A DNA stretch of 62,964 bases, the filler included, from Reticulomyxa filosa (lineage: Eukaryota; Protista; Foraminifera), in NCBI GenBank assembly GCA_000512085.1. It is 18 parts of 18 records of this genome, joined end to end, with 100 filler letters (N's around TTAATTAATTAA, not from the genome) between each part and the next. Parts side by side here need not be neighbours in the genome. Positions count along the whole stretch, not along the records: positions 45,693 to 49,196 come from ASPP01016060.1; positions 49,297 to 51,002 come from ASPP01018595.1; positions 51,103 to 52,614 come from ASPP01022176.1; positions 52,715 to 53,718 come from ASPP01039769.1; positions 53,819 to 58,425 come from ASPP01010094.1; positions 58,526 to 61,376 come from ASPP01010186.1; 12 more parts are not named here. One strand, given 5' to 3'. The notes beneath the pieces are model-generated. The model made no database searches, was not told where the DNA came from, and worked only from the letters and a program-made list of their open reading frames with translations. Shown here one piece after another: positions 48,180 to 60,932 of the stretch. The position numbers and the translations under genes were made by a program. Position 1 is the first letter of the stretch. Each line of letters begins with the position of its first letter.

Positions 48180-49070
48180 ATGGAGAATAAAGACGTGGAC
48201 ATGAAAGAATTAAGTGGTCGAAACCGTTTCAAAATGACGAAAGTGTTGGCAAACACGTTGCAAGGAAGAGTTTACTTAGCTCAAGACCGGGCAAAGAAGA
48301 ATGCGTGGGTCGTAATAAAAGAGACCTGGCAAGAATTGGTCAGACAAGGAAAATCTCGAGATGGGCACAAAGTTCCTGAAAATTTTGAGAGAGAAAAGAC
48401 CATTCAGTTGTTCTTATCAAAATTGTCTGACCAAAACGAAGGTGAGGGTTTTTAAACATACAACGAGACGAGTAGGAAAAAAAAGGGGATGAAAGGTTGA
48501 ACAAACTCCCTATTAAAAAAACACACAAAAAAAAAAAAAAAACAAAAGGAATTGTTTTTTTTTTTTTTTTTAAAAATTAAATTTGTAATTGTTAAGTTGT
48601 AAATTGTAAATTGTAAATTGTAAATCGAAATTAAAATGAAAAAATGCAAATGAAAACAAAAGGCTATGTGCGATGCATCGACAACTGGGAAGATGAGAAC
48701 TGTTATTATCTGGCGATGGAATACTGTGGGGCGGGGGAGTTGTTTGACTTTATCCGTGATAATCACACGAAAGGTGAACTGAGTAAAATAGTCAAATCGG
48801 CAGCATCACAAGAACAAAAATGTCAAACAACATCGAACGAATGGAGTGTTTGTGTTCAATCGATGTTTCGTCAACTGGTTGATACAGTATCGTGGATGCA
48901 CGCACACGGCGTTGTCCATTTGGATTTGAGTTTGGAAAACACAATGCTGTCTTCCATCGAAAAAAACCAAGCTAGTATTAAAATAATTGACTTTGGCGTG
49001 GCCAAATTTTTCAAATCAAACGAAAAATTCTCCGAAAAAGTCGGCAAAGTTGGTTACATGGCCCCCGAGG
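48180..49070 (+). CDS. Ser/Thr protein kinase (CAMK-like), 3'-truncated
   Basis: VVIKE, MEYCGAGELF, HLDLSLEN, IIDFG, GKVGYMAPE. One intron at about 48443-48662. Confidence 0.92.
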
Positions 49071-49296
49071 TATGACTTTTTTCCTTTGACCGTGTGTGTC
49101 TGAATAGATGCTCATATCCACACAAGATTCATCTTTTTTCTTTTTTGGGTGTATGTGCGAAATTTTTTTTTTTTATTTTTACTCATGTCCTTTTTTNNNN
49201 NNNNNNNNNNNNNNNNNNNNNNNNNNNNNNNNNNNNNNNNTTAATTAATTAANNNNNNNNNNNNNNNNNNNNNNNNNNNNNNNNNNNNNNNNNNNN

Positions 49297-50424
49297 ACGT
49301 CGCGAATGACGTTGATCACCGAATGGATGGCGTTGGTCTGCTGGTTCAGCGCGCCCATATGGTTGGACACGTCGCGCACCGAGTCGGCCATGCCGAGGAT
49401 GGTGCTGCTGCTGTTTTCGATTACCTGCTCGCCCGTGGCGCGCCTTGTGGCCGGTGTCTTGCGCCAGCGTGTTGGCTTCCTGGGTACGGTCGGCCACGTG
49501 GTTGATGCTGACGGTAATCTGCTCCAGCGCGGCCGCCATCGACGATGCCGACTGGCTTTGCGCTTCCGAACCCGAGGATACCTGGCTGGCTGCGGTGGCG
49601 AGGTTGGCCGCCGTATGGGCGACTTCGGCGGACGAGGCGGCCACCCGTTGCAGGCTGTCGTGCAGGTGCGCTGCCAGCTGGTTGAAGTGTTGCAGCAAAC
49701 CACCGATTTCATCCTGGTGGCGGATACGGCAGCGGCGCGACAGGTCCAGATGCTCGGTCATGTCGGCAATGTCGGCGGCGGCAGAGTGAATGCTGCCGAC
49801 CACCTGGCGGTAGGTGACTACCTCCATCAGTACCAGCACCAGCAATGCCAGCACGGCGGTCACCGCCAGCCACAGCCCGGCGCTGTATTCGGCGGCTTTC
49901 AGGTCCTGGTGCGCTACCTTGCCTAGCTGCTGGTTGTAGGCAATCTGCTTCAGTGCCTGGTCGCGCACTTGCAGGAAGGCGTCACGGTTGTCGTTCAGCA
50001 GTTTGCTGGCGTTGACGACGTCGTGTGCCCGGAAGGTGGCGATCACTTGTTCGTAGGTCTGATTGTTGCGTGCGATACCATCGCGCAGCTGCGCCAGCAA
50101 GGCTTTGTCTGCATCGTCGCTGACTACCGCCTCGTACGCTTGCAGATTGCGCTGCACTTCATCGTGGTAGCGCTGGTAAGCAGCGAGAATGCTGTCCTGG
50201 CTGGCGGCGCTGTCCGCCGACATCAGGCTCAGCAGCGCAGCGCGCTGCTGCACGAAGTTGAAGCTGGCGGAGCCCAGCAGTTCGACGCTAGGTACCACAT
50301 CTTCTGCAATGACAGCGGATTTATCATTAATGCGGCCCAGCTGGATGAACGCGATCAGCAGGATGGCGGCAAATGCCACAACGGCAACAATAGTCTGCAG
50401 TTGCAAGCGGGTAGAGATTTTCAT
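49297..50424 (-). CDS. Bacterial methyl-accepting chemotaxis protein (4HB sensor, HAMP), 3'-truncated, apparent 1-nt frameshift near 49433
   Basis: TM1, periplasmic four-helix domain, TM2, HAMP (DEIGGLLQHFNQL), QSASSMAAALEQITVSI. It continues in the other frame as EQVIENSS...IHSVINVIRD. RBS AGAGG. Confidence 0.92.
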
Positions 50425-50581
50425 GTTTACCTCTGAACCGGAGTGAAAGTCGGGAAAACCCTGGTGTCGAGCGGGCTGTGCAGGTCTGGCACCAAGCAGC
50501 TAGCTATTGTGATCTGCATGGTGCTAATAAGTTTTATCTTAAATGTATAGAATATGCTTATAAGTTAGGTGTATCGATACG

Positions 50582-50595
50582 TTGCGTTGCATCAA
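50582..50595. promoter_or_regulatory. Possible FNR-type binding site upstream of the MCP gene
   Basis: TTGCG-TTGC-ATCAA versus consensus TTGAT-N4-ATCAA (8/10), in the AT-rich intergenic region. Confidence 0.3.
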
Positions 50596-50611
50596 ATTTT
50601 GTTACAAAACC

Positions 50612-50648
50612 AATGCGGACGACACCGGGTGCCGGTGACGTCCGCATT
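50612..50648 (-). terminator. Strong hairpin between tandem MCP genes (terminator or REP-like)
   Basis: aatgcggacg-a-caccgg gtg ccggtg-a-cgtccgcatt, followed on the minus strand by GGTTTTGT. Confidence 0.5.
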
Positions 50649-50695
50649 ATGGGGCAGGGGGGCAACATGGCCGCGTTGCTGGCGGCCGGCGTGAG

Positions 50696-51002
50696 TCAGA
50701 GCTTGTACAGGCGTACCTCGCGGTCCAGCGTGGCGGCCAGCGCGTTCAGGTGTTGCGCCTGATCGGTTACGCTGTGCGCGGCGCTGGCGTTCTCTTCCGA
50801 CATCTGCGCCACGGTTTCCACCTGCTGCGCAATGCTGTTGGCCGCGGCACCCTGTTCGCGGATGGCGCTGGCAATTTCACCCACCACGCGTTTGCTGTCG
50901 TCGGCGGCCACGGCGATCTGCTGCATGGTTTGCCGTGCGCGCTCGGTCTCTTTCACCCCGTCTTCCATGCTGCCTACGGCGCGGCCAACTCCGGCGGCGG
51001 CG
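50696..51002 (-). CDS. Bacterial methyl-accepting chemotaxis protein, C-terminal end
   Basis: EIASAIREQGAAANSIAQQVETVAQMSEEN...LDREVRLYKL. Confidence 0.92.
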
Positions 51003-51139
51003 NNNNNNNNNNNNNNNNNNNNNNNNNNNNNNNNNNNNNNNNNNNNTTAATTAATTAANNNNNNNNNNNNNNNNNNNNNNNNNNNNNNNNNNNNNNNNNN
51101 NNAAAAAAAAAGGGGATGCGCATAAAAGAAAAAGTATAC

Positions 51140-51714
51140 GTAACAGCACACTCGTAGAAGGTGGATAACAAATGAGCTCTTTCATTTTGCAGGATACTGT
51201 TTCGCATATCATTGAAAATGTTATTTGTTTGATCCAAAACGGATGCAATATCAGAGTTGTCTTTTGCAATCGATTTCAACTCATTGAGCAATGGTTCAAA
51301 TTGCTTGGTTTGTTCTTCCAGCAAACTCGCATCTTTTTCCATGTTGGAAACGGTCGCGTTCATTTCTTCCACTTGTTTTTTCAACTCATCTTTGTTTTGT
51401 TTGAGCTCGTCAATGTTTGACTTGTATTCTTGGTTTTGTTTTTTAAATTGATCAATTTGGTCTTGAATCACCCCGTATTTGTACACCGACCACGCTCCCA
51501 ACAAGTTTATAAACACGTTGGTCAACAAAATTATCCACACCAACGTATTGCTTGACTTCTTCACTGCAAATCCGATTATCCATATCACCAGCACACCAAG
51601 TGCCAAAAGTGCAAACAATTTCGGCAATATCAACGCACAGCCACGCAAAAATTTTGCACTGGCACTATCCATTTGCGCGGTTTCCTCTTTTTCATTCGTC
51701 TTAGTCGCTTCCAT
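51140..51714 (-). CDS. Two-TM + coiled-coil hypothetical protein, 3'-truncated
   Basis: MEATKTNEK start, two hydrophobic helices, then a long heptad-rich coil. Confidence 0.65.
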
Positions 51715-51899
51715 ATTGTTTGTCAAGCAAAGTTTTTTTTTGGTTCCAAAAACTTCAAGGAAGCAAGGCGCAAACAAGAAGCGCACAAGTGTGAGTGATA
51801 AAGATTGCCTGAACAAAAAGAATGAAATCATGCAAAGAAAAAAAAGCGAGTTGATTCAAACTAAATAAAATTATTTTATCAAAGTAATACAATCGAAAA

Positions 51900-52595
51900 A
51901 AATTGCTGCATCGGAACAAAACAAGAAGATTATGCATTCCTTGTTTCCAATTGATTTCTTCATTTTCTGCTTTTCTCTGTTGTTGATAGGTACCATTGTT
52001 GGAGTTTGTGTTGTGCCGACCAGATAACATAACTCAATTAATTTAGTGTATTTGGATTGCCTGTGGAGCATCGAATGAGAGAAAGATTGGCACGATACTA
52101 CGAATAACATCAAGTTGGTTCAATTGTTGACACTGCTGAAATATTATTGGATCTGAAAAATGTGAATAGAGGAAAACCTGAAGAGAATAAAGAAAATGAA
52201 GATGATGATAGTGATAGTGAAGCAAGTGCAAAACGATTACGAACAAATTGATATGTTCAACATATTTCATCTTTATTGACTGTATTCAATGAAATAACGA
52301 AACATATTTCCCAAACAAGTGATATTAGTCTTTTCCAATAAGTTTTCATTTCTCCTCGTTTTGACAATACAAGTTCGGCCAATTTCAAATTGCTGTAACC
52401 AAATTCTTGCGCGGCCTTCTTCATGTACTTTACTTTCTCTTGGTCGTTTCTGGGGATGAACACCATCGGCGACGAGGTTTTGTTCAAAGGCTCGGCCGTG
52501 TCGCTGGCCTCGTCGACACTCTTAGTCAACTCCATTTTCAAACAATGCGACACCACCTGCGTCCTCTCTGTCGTCGTCGTCACCTTTATGTCCAC
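51900..52595 (-). CDS. Hypothetical membrane protein, multi-exon or frameshifted
   Basis: ORF 52257-52595 plus downstream hydrophobic segments; no family recognised. Confidence 0.35.
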
Positions 52596-52714
52596 TGTGT
52601 CCTCCCTTCACTGTNNNNNNNNNNNNNNNNNNNNNNNNNNNNNNNNNNNNNNNNNNNNTTAATTAATTAANNNNNNNNNNNNNNNNNNNNNNNNNNNNNN
52701 NNNNNNNNNNNNNN

Positions 52715-52874
52715 AAATGAGAAGATAATTCAATTGTATAATATAGAGTCAGGAAAGATAATACAAACATTGGAAGGACATTCTAGGGATGTAAAATCTG
52801 TTGATGTTTCTCAAGATGGAAATATGATTGCATCAGGTTCTACAGATGGTACAATTCGAATTTGGGGATTATAA
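52715..52874 (+). CDS. Last WD40 repeat of a truncated gene (different WD40 subfamily)
   Basis: LEGHSRDVKSVDVSQDGNMIASGSTDGTIRIWGL*. Confidence 0.75.
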
Positions 52875-53050
52875 ACTTAATAATTTTTTTTTTCAAAAAT
52901 GAAAGAATATAGAGATTATTATTTATTTTTTTTAGTACTTTAAAGCAAAATATAAGTTTGATTAAATGTTCTTTTTACTTGATACCCCCACTGCAAGAAT
53001 AAAGTTTTTTTTAAAAGATCATCTATCCATAATCACACCACCCTGAAGAT

Positions 53051-53285
53051 TGTAGTGAAATTTATAGATAATAATAACAAAGATACAAATGAAATTACTT
53101 TGTTAGCTTTTGGTGAATATAATAAACATATATTGATGATGAAATATATAAGTATTGGAATTATCAAAAAATTATAATAAATGGATTCCTTTTACAGATA
53201 ATCACAATAATACAACCTCTATTGAAAGAGATGAAATTTATTATGCAATAATCAGTGGAAAAAATAATAATTTATTTATTATTTA
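53051..53285 (+). pseudogene. Kelch-family fragment homologous to the 28674-29870 kelch exon
   Basis: VVKFIDNNNKDTNEITLLAFG...MMKYIS...YNKWIPFTDNHNN versus VVKLIGNNNNKDSNVITLLSFGG...VMKYVS...YNRWITFTDNYKN, with deletions. Confidence 0.7.
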
Positions 53286-53836
53286 TTGTCAAAAAGGAAA
53301 GAAGTGGATCGAATTGTAAGTTATATAAAAACAAAACTAGAAGAATGGATGAAAGAAGATGAACAAGATTGGATTATAGAAAGTGAAGAAATAATAAAAA
53401 TTAAAGAATTGGATTATTTTTGTTCTTTAATAAATTATGGAATTTTTTCAACTCAGAGATTACTTTCTGAACATAGAATCACTGATTATTATTATTTTGA
53501 CAGAATGAAAAATATAACAAAACATTTTTGAATAGAACAATTTTTGTGATAATATATAGTAAAATAATCCTGCTTTTTGTTTCATCAAAAAAAAGTTGAA
53601 TCATTTTTTCCATGTTAATACAACATCATTTGAATAGATTTGTTTCACTCTTTTTAAAAAGATTTTTACAACAACAAAAAATATCATTTGATTATTTTAC
53701 AAAGTTGTCCAGAGTCTANNNNNNNNNNNNNNNNNNNNNNNNNNNNNNNNNNNNNNNNNNNNTTAATTAATTAANNNNNNNNNNNNNNNNNNNNNNNNNN
53801 NNNNNNNNNNNNNNNNNNAAAAAAAAAAAAAAAAGA

Positions 53837-56639
53837 TTACCTGTCGTGTGACCCAGAGCCTTTGTGAACTAAAGCAAACATCCAACACAGCAATTGGCCA
53901 TTTTCCATGGGGTCCAAAGCCATTTTATTTTCCTCCTCCTCTGAGGTAGAATTGTCTTTGGTTGCATTATTTTTAAATAATTGCTGTCGTACGGTCGCGT
54001 GATTGAGCAGCTGAATGTCGTTAGTGCTGAGATTCAACGCCCTTTGTCTTCGGCCGACGCTTAGGGACATATTGATCGCGATTCCACAAATCCAAATGTT
54101 TTTATGTCGAGAGAAAATGTATTGATTAAACAACACCTCATTCCAGGTCAACGCCCCATTGTCATTTAAAGACACGGTGGTGCTTACATTTTCCAAACAA
54201 AAACGAGCGTAAAAAGGACCATTCACTGTCTCGCCCAATGGATTCGCGATGCATGTTTGCGCGCATATGTAAGAGGACAACCCACGCAATCTCTATGTTC
54301 CTCCATGCCCCCCCCCCCCCCCGGCCATTTGTTTTGTTTGAAGCAGAAACATGCACACGCACATGCACATACTACACAAGGCAACACACGACAGACTCCA
54401 TACTTGGTCAAATGTATCAAACACAATTCGCAGAGGTGTGACGTGGATCCCGATTAAAGGCAAGGACAGTCTACTTTCAAACTTTTCTTCGTCTGTCGCA
54501 TTTGCGACTATTTTTTGTATTTCGTCCTTGCTCTATCAATTCAATTTTTTAAAAATATTTATATATATTGTATGTATGTATTGTATAAAATAACAGTTGA
54601 GACACAAATAAGAGGGACAAAAAAACAAAAAAAAAATAGTTAAACTGGTGTTTTCAAACCAAGCAAGACATGTGCCATAAATACAATGTCAAGAAATTCA
54701 TATTCACCGCTACTTTCGTCCAAAGTTGTGTTCAAATGCAATTGGCGCGAAAAGTCGTAGGTGCATTCTTCCCATACCCACGGCGCAGAAAAATTCTGTA
54801 AAAAAAATAAATAATATATATATAAGCATATATGCATATATGCAATCAACACAGCAAGTTTATGTCGTGCCTTGCCCCATATGTGATTTGTTTTGCGGCC
54901 ATATATTGACATGTCACTCTCACCTCTCCCTTGGGGTGGTGATATGAACAAAGTAAAAAGAGAGTCAAATGATTCTTTCGTAACGGTAAATTTAGTCAAT
55001 AAACAAAACCAGAGAAAATATCCCTCATTGCTGGCGTTGTGCCTGAGTTGTTCCATTTTGTCAAAGTTTTGTTGATAGCAAGTGGTACCGATTCGGCGTT
55101 CTACAGCAACTTCCATATCGAGTGGCTCAATCTCGACAGGCGATTGCCCGGCAATGTGGGCATTCATCTTGTGCTTGGCACAACTCGTTCGCAACTGTTG
55201 ATAAATACGCTTTCCAATGGATGCCGACGCTCGCAAACGGTTGCTGTTGTCATTTTTAAAATACAGACGAATGACATTGCTAATGCCTAAATTGGCTAAG
55301 AAAATCTTGTATTCGGGCATTAGAGTGTTATCGAAGCGATCACCATGATCAATGGTATTGATGATCAATCCTCCAACGTTTGTGTGGCATCGTATTTCCA
55401 GACTCTTTTCATCAAACCCATAACTCATTAACCCACTGGACTTGTACCTGATCTTTTCTTTCATTCTGCTATCTCGCTTCCATGAATTGTTTATTTCATT
55501 CTTAAAATCGGGGATCGTGGTATATCCCATTTCATGATCACTTGACCGTTCGGGCTGTTTTTTTAATTTCTCTTGAGATGAGTATTCATTTCACTAAACA
55601 TATACATATATATATATATATAACTTTGCCATCGCAAGCCGCGCATTTGATATACTCATAAGCATTGACAAAACCACAATCTGAACACTTCCACTCAAAT
55701 GTGTTTGCGTCGATACCGCAATAATACGAATATACATAAGGAGGCTGCGTAATGTGGAGATCAATGCAGTATACGTCGTCGTGCTGATGTTCAACAACAT
55801 CCGCCAGAATGCTTTTTTTGGAACTCACTTTCGGAGATTTTTTGGTCAATTGGATTAGTCTTTTTTTTTTTTTTTTTTTTTTTTTGTTATTTGTTTGATT
55901 GGGTGCAAAGTTCAAATGAATGGAGCGTCAAGTCAACATTTTACACTTAACGTTAAGTGTAATACGATTGGTCTGCATATAAGGTATCACCAACACATAT
56001 TCTCGATAGTACGGCGAGTGTTCGTTTTCTGAGCACTGAATTCGACATGCTAATAACAGTGCTTTTTTTTTCTTCATTTTTTTTAATCTCATCACATAAC
56101 AGTCCTTCCTTAGCTCATGTCTTACGTAATATTTGCCTGCTACTGATCTTTGAATGAAATCTATTTTCATTTCAGTTTATCATTATTATTATTATTTTTT
56201 TTTTTGTTATTGTTGTTATCTTTGGGCTGGCCAAAGTATGTCATCTCTTCATACCAATCTCAATATTGGTCACTTGGTGCCGGGGAACACGACTTCGATT
56301 GTACGATTCTCCAATGATATGTGGATAAAAGAAAGTGTGCATTAGTCGACAATACTCAAATAGCGATTGACATGTCAATATCCACACATCCCATGACATC
56401 AAGTAACTTAATTTTAAATTCTTACTCTTAGAGTGCTTTTCATATTTTTTTACGCTTTCCACACATTTGAAAAAGTCTCTTTCTGACGAAAATTGCAACT
56501 TTTTCACAAGTTCAAACAAGTTTGACGGATGTTTACTTCTGGTATTGACCGTACTTAGGTCTCTATCAAAACGAAATGCTAGTATTAATGATAACTCCTC
56601 CAGAAAGGCAACAGATGTCGGGTTATTGTGATGATTCAT
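53837..56639 (-). CDS. Putative cellular RNA-dependent RNA polymerase (RDR)-like N-terminal part with RanBP2-type zinc finger; multi-exon, truncated
   Basis: IDLHITQPPYVY, WKCSDCGFVN-x6-CAAC, IVFMAHVL. An exon at about 54404-54532 not in the ORF track reads GIHVTPLRIVF. Then FYARFCLEN, IWICG and LCWMFA, resembling the RDR motifs VTPTK/R, FLRVSF, GIxICG and SAWMFA. Confidence 0.5.
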
Positions 56640-56828
56640 ACTAATTTTAGAAGTTCCGTTCTTTTTTTCTTAGGCGGGACGACCCTTTCGTTCAGCTACG
56701 TTTTGCCGATTGCTGCTCTTACTCTTTTTTACAATGAATTTTTTGCATATTGACAATATAAACAGCAAATTGTGATAAGAAATAAGCGACGAAAGGTGAT
56801 AGCAGGTTTGGATTATCCTCCTTTGTAT

Positions 56829-57724
56829 TCAGAATAACTGTGGTCCTTGTTCATGGTACCACAAATTATAAACAGAATACTGAAACAAAAAATCGACATT
56901 AATATTATCTTTTGCAGAGGTTTCAATATAACAAAAATTGTATTGTTTACAAAGTTGAATAATTTCATCAAAAGCTGCCTTATGTTGAGAGAAATCGTAT
57001 CTCGTATCGCATTGTGTCCCTGCAACAATCACAGGCACCTTTTTTGGATGTCGCGTAATGGTGTCGAGAAAAAGCTGGAGTGAGCCGTATGTGGAGGTCC
57101 GTACCACTTGATGCGCAAGGATTATACAATCGCATGCACTGATCCAACTCGGAAATAAAGCAGAAAATTGTTCGTACCCACCTGTGTCCACGATGTCCAC
57201 ACAAGCCTTGATTTCATAGTTTAATTGAAACTCTTTCCAATATGAGTATTCGATAGTCGGATCAAATTCGATCTCAAATTTACTGTTTACAAATCGCTCC
57301 ACTAATCTCGTCTTGCCAGAACAAGGTCCAAACATCAAAATATTAATACGCGGTCTTCGACTTAGTTTTTTTTTGTGATATTGTAATTGAAAACATGATG
57401 TTAGTATGAACATGTACAAAGTGACAACAGCGACAAAAAAAACCTGAGCCACTCTGGAGATATGTAAAAATCATGTCGGACACGGCCATCCTCATTTACA
57501 TCACACAAATCGGGACGGGTCATGCGATAGTATATTGCGCAATCCTCTTCAATATCGAGCAGAGACATCACGACACTTGCTACGTCTTGCAGGCTATGAA
57601 GAGCAAATATTTGGTTGATGACTTTGCGACATTCTCTGCGTAAACTTTGATTCTTTTCTGAAACCTGCAAGTTGATCGGATATTCTTTCGTTGTCTTTTT
57701 GTCTGATGAAACACAATTCCCCAT
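56829..57724 (-). CDS. Ras-family small GTPase with N-terminal extension (2 exons)
   Basis: MGNCVS start, intron 57361-57443, GPCSGKT, FDPTIE, DTGG, TQCD, ETSAK. Confidence 0.88.
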
Positions 57725-58547
57725 TTTCTTTAACTTTTTTTTAAACCTGCCAACAAATGGTAGTTTACACTGCAAAAAACGGTTTACATTCCTCACTAAA
57801 TTATTAATTTTGACATCTACACTGTACGTTTTGTTTTGACGACGCAGTGCCAAAAACCGAGGAGGACATTGAAAAATGGTAGGTCGTAAACTAAAAGATT
57901 TAATAATGGCAAGTATTTTTATTTTCGGTTGATCGTAGTACATACTTTTATTTTTGGAAGTTGATATTTTTTCAAAATGGGCTCAGGTTAGCAAGAGCAT
58001 GAGATAATTAAAAACCAGAAAAGAAGTATATTTCAAGTGGAACTAACATGCCACAAGAGCAAAAAAAAACAAAAGAACAAAAAAGGGGAGGAGCAGAAAA
58101 AAAATGAACTAGAAAAAAAAAAAAGAAAACATACACAAGAGTCTCAAAAAAGTTATTTTAAAACACTGACTATACAAGTAGTGAAGTTTTGAAACACAAA
58201 GAAACTCTGACCATGAATAGATGAGAAACAAACAAACAAAAGGGAAGAGAGGAAAGGGAGGAAGATAATGAGGAGAGGGAGAAGAAAAAGAGGAAGAAGG
58301 AAAAGAGAAAAAAAAAAGTGCAAGGAAAACACTCTACCTCGGCTATTATTACTATAACAAGGGGTATTTTTTTCCCCCCCCCCTCTCCCCTCCTTCCTTC
58401 GCCTCCCCTCTCCCCTTTTTTCATGNNNNNNNNNNNNNNNNNNNNNNNNNNNNNNNNNNNNNNNNNNNNTTAATTAATTAANNNNNNNNNNNNNNNNNNN
58501 NNNNNNNNNNNNNNNNNNNNNNNNNACACACACACACACACACACAC

Positions 58548-60549
58548 TTGAGTTTCGGACAGCTCTACCCACACGGCCACCTCTTGTTTCTTCACTTGGA
58601 ATTCGAACTCGCAAGTTGATGACACACTTGTGGTGGTGGACAAGCTCGAACTGCAAGGATTCGAAAACGTGGCCCAGGTCGTCAGCTCGCTGTCTTTCTT
58701 CAGTTGGATCTGTGCTTTGGTGCGACGCATCAAGTGTGGGTCAATGATTTTCTATTGTTCCGTGTTCATCGACCAATAATAATAAATAATTAATAATTAA
58801 TAATAAACAATAAATAATAAATAATTAATAAAACAACTATTCAACTTTTAACATAGCGGCAATGTTTTGTCCCAAACACTTTTCATGCTTACTCGCATCT
58901 TTCATGTTTGCTCGGATGATTTTGCTCGCAAAGTCCTTCTTGAACTTCTTTTTGTCGCCAAAGGCTCGGTAGCTCGTCACAAAGTTCACAATCACCCAAA
59001 GCTCGAGCAAGTTGTTCTGCATGAACGTGCCCGATATCGCCAGACGGTGTCCATCTTTCACCGTTATTCCGTGCATCGCTTTTGAGACGCAGGTCATGTC
59101 GTTCTTGATATTGTGCCCCTCCTGTCAACACCAACAAATAATCACATTATATTCGTGTTGTCACAAACATGCATTTATTATATATGTACATATATATACA
59201 TATATACTAACATCTAATATCAAGTAATCAAATTCCAATCCTGCAAAATGGGTATTATAATTTGGTCCTATCTTTCCTTTTTTTATTTATTTTTTTTCCC
59301 CCCCCTCTACCCTAATCCATAATCACAATCACAAGCACAACAACATACCATATGAAGTCAGCAAAATGCCTGATTTGCTTTGAACCGCTGCAACAATTTT
59401 CTGCTTTGCGGCGACCGACACGTGCCCTATGCAGACATGCACGGGCACGTCTGGACACCATTTCGCGAGCTCTTGTTGCCAATTGGTCATCAGTGATTTT
59501 GGAATCACTATCATACATTTGGTTATCAATTGGGTGTGAAACAGCCCTTTCAAAAAACGAGGCAATTTGAATTGTCTTGCCCAAGCCTTTTCATGTTTTA
59601 TATACACATGCATATATAAACATACACACGTATACATATTCATATATACATATACACATACATATATATATGCATATGTATGTGCACATAATTTATAACA
59701 TATAATTTACAGTTTTCAAAAACACAACAAACCCATATCGTCTCCCAAAATTCCACCGACACATTCTTGATGTAATTTCCACAGCCATGAAAGAGTTTCA
59801 CGTTGGAATTTGTATAGCTGCCTTATAATGCAGCCAGGGATATAATAATTCTTTTTCAATTCCATACAAACATGTGACACCCATCCCATTACAGTTAACC
59901 ACTTACAAGTGACAAATGGGAATGACGTGTGTCATAACCAACATTGACAACAACAATAACAAACAAAAAACAAACAAAAGTACCCACCAACAAATGATCA
60001 TGTGATCCACACAAACGGTACTCGTCCGTAATAATATTGAGGCTCCAATCAGAGTCCACCGGTATAAATGCATCGGGACTTCTTTCCAATCCCAAAAGAA
60101 TACAATACAGTTTTGCCTCTTCCAACCAATTCTTCAATTTTTTTAATGCCTCGTCATTATACACATTTGTTGACTGTATCTCATTACATTTTTTTATTGC
60201 TTCAATGTACTTCTTTGTATCCATCAGCTCTCTTTTTTTTTTTGTTTTTGTTGGAAGATATTACAAAAGATGGAGTCCATTTTAAAAAATGCTCATGCAA
60301 GTGTAACTCGACAGCTTCGATTCCATTGTGCTTTTTTATTTTCGTTTGGTTAGTGCTGTGGTTTTGATGTTCCCAAGTGTCAGCGTCTACATTGGCTGTT
60401 CCGGTGTCGTCTTCTTCGTCCAACTGTATATATGTCCGATTCACTTGCGGATTATTAGAAGTAGTGTTTGTATTTCGAGAGGATTTTGCATTTGTGCCGA
60501 ATGCGGATGATTTTGAAGTTTTTCTTGTTGATGGATTTTCCAAAGACAT
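58548..60549 (-). CDS. SNF2-family helicase (ERCC6 / ERCC6L-like), multi-exon, 3'-truncated; apparent homopolymer frameshift at about 59552-59557
   Basis: GGILGDDMG/LGKTIQI, IVIPKSLMTNWQQELAKW, LLTSYG, EGHNIKN, ISGTFMQNNLLELW, LMRRTK. Confidence 0.9.
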
Positions 60550-60932
60550 TATGAATTTTTTTTTTTGTTGCACCTGTTCGAAAAAATAAAAACACATTTG
60601 CTAATCACGATCAATTAGAGGACAAAAAGCATTGCACAGCCTCAGTTTTTTTTTGTTGTGAAAAATGTGCAACATCTTCGCCAAGCAGCTTTTTTTAAAA
60701 AAATTAATGCATAATTTTACTTTTGCTGAATAGTGTGCAGTGCCGAAAGTGTTGAACAAGATTTTTGAATAAACTTTGGTTGTCAATTAATTCGATTAAG
60801 AAAAAAAAATTTTATCACCAGATTTAAAGAAAAAAAAGATCAAACCAAATGAAGAAAGCCATTTTATCGATAAAATCGTAGAGTGGTTTTTCTCCTTCTC
60901 CCCTACTTTAAAATCATCCCTCCTTTTTTTGT

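Noticed and set aside
49430-49436. Programmed frameshift or pseudogenisation in the MCP gene
   Set aside because: It is a single extra base in a short homopolymer near a contig end, with no slippery heptamer. A sequencing error is more likely.
59550-59560. Frameshift just after the SNF2 Walker A motif
   Set aside because: It falls in a T6 run while the other motifs are intact, so a homopolymer error is most likely.
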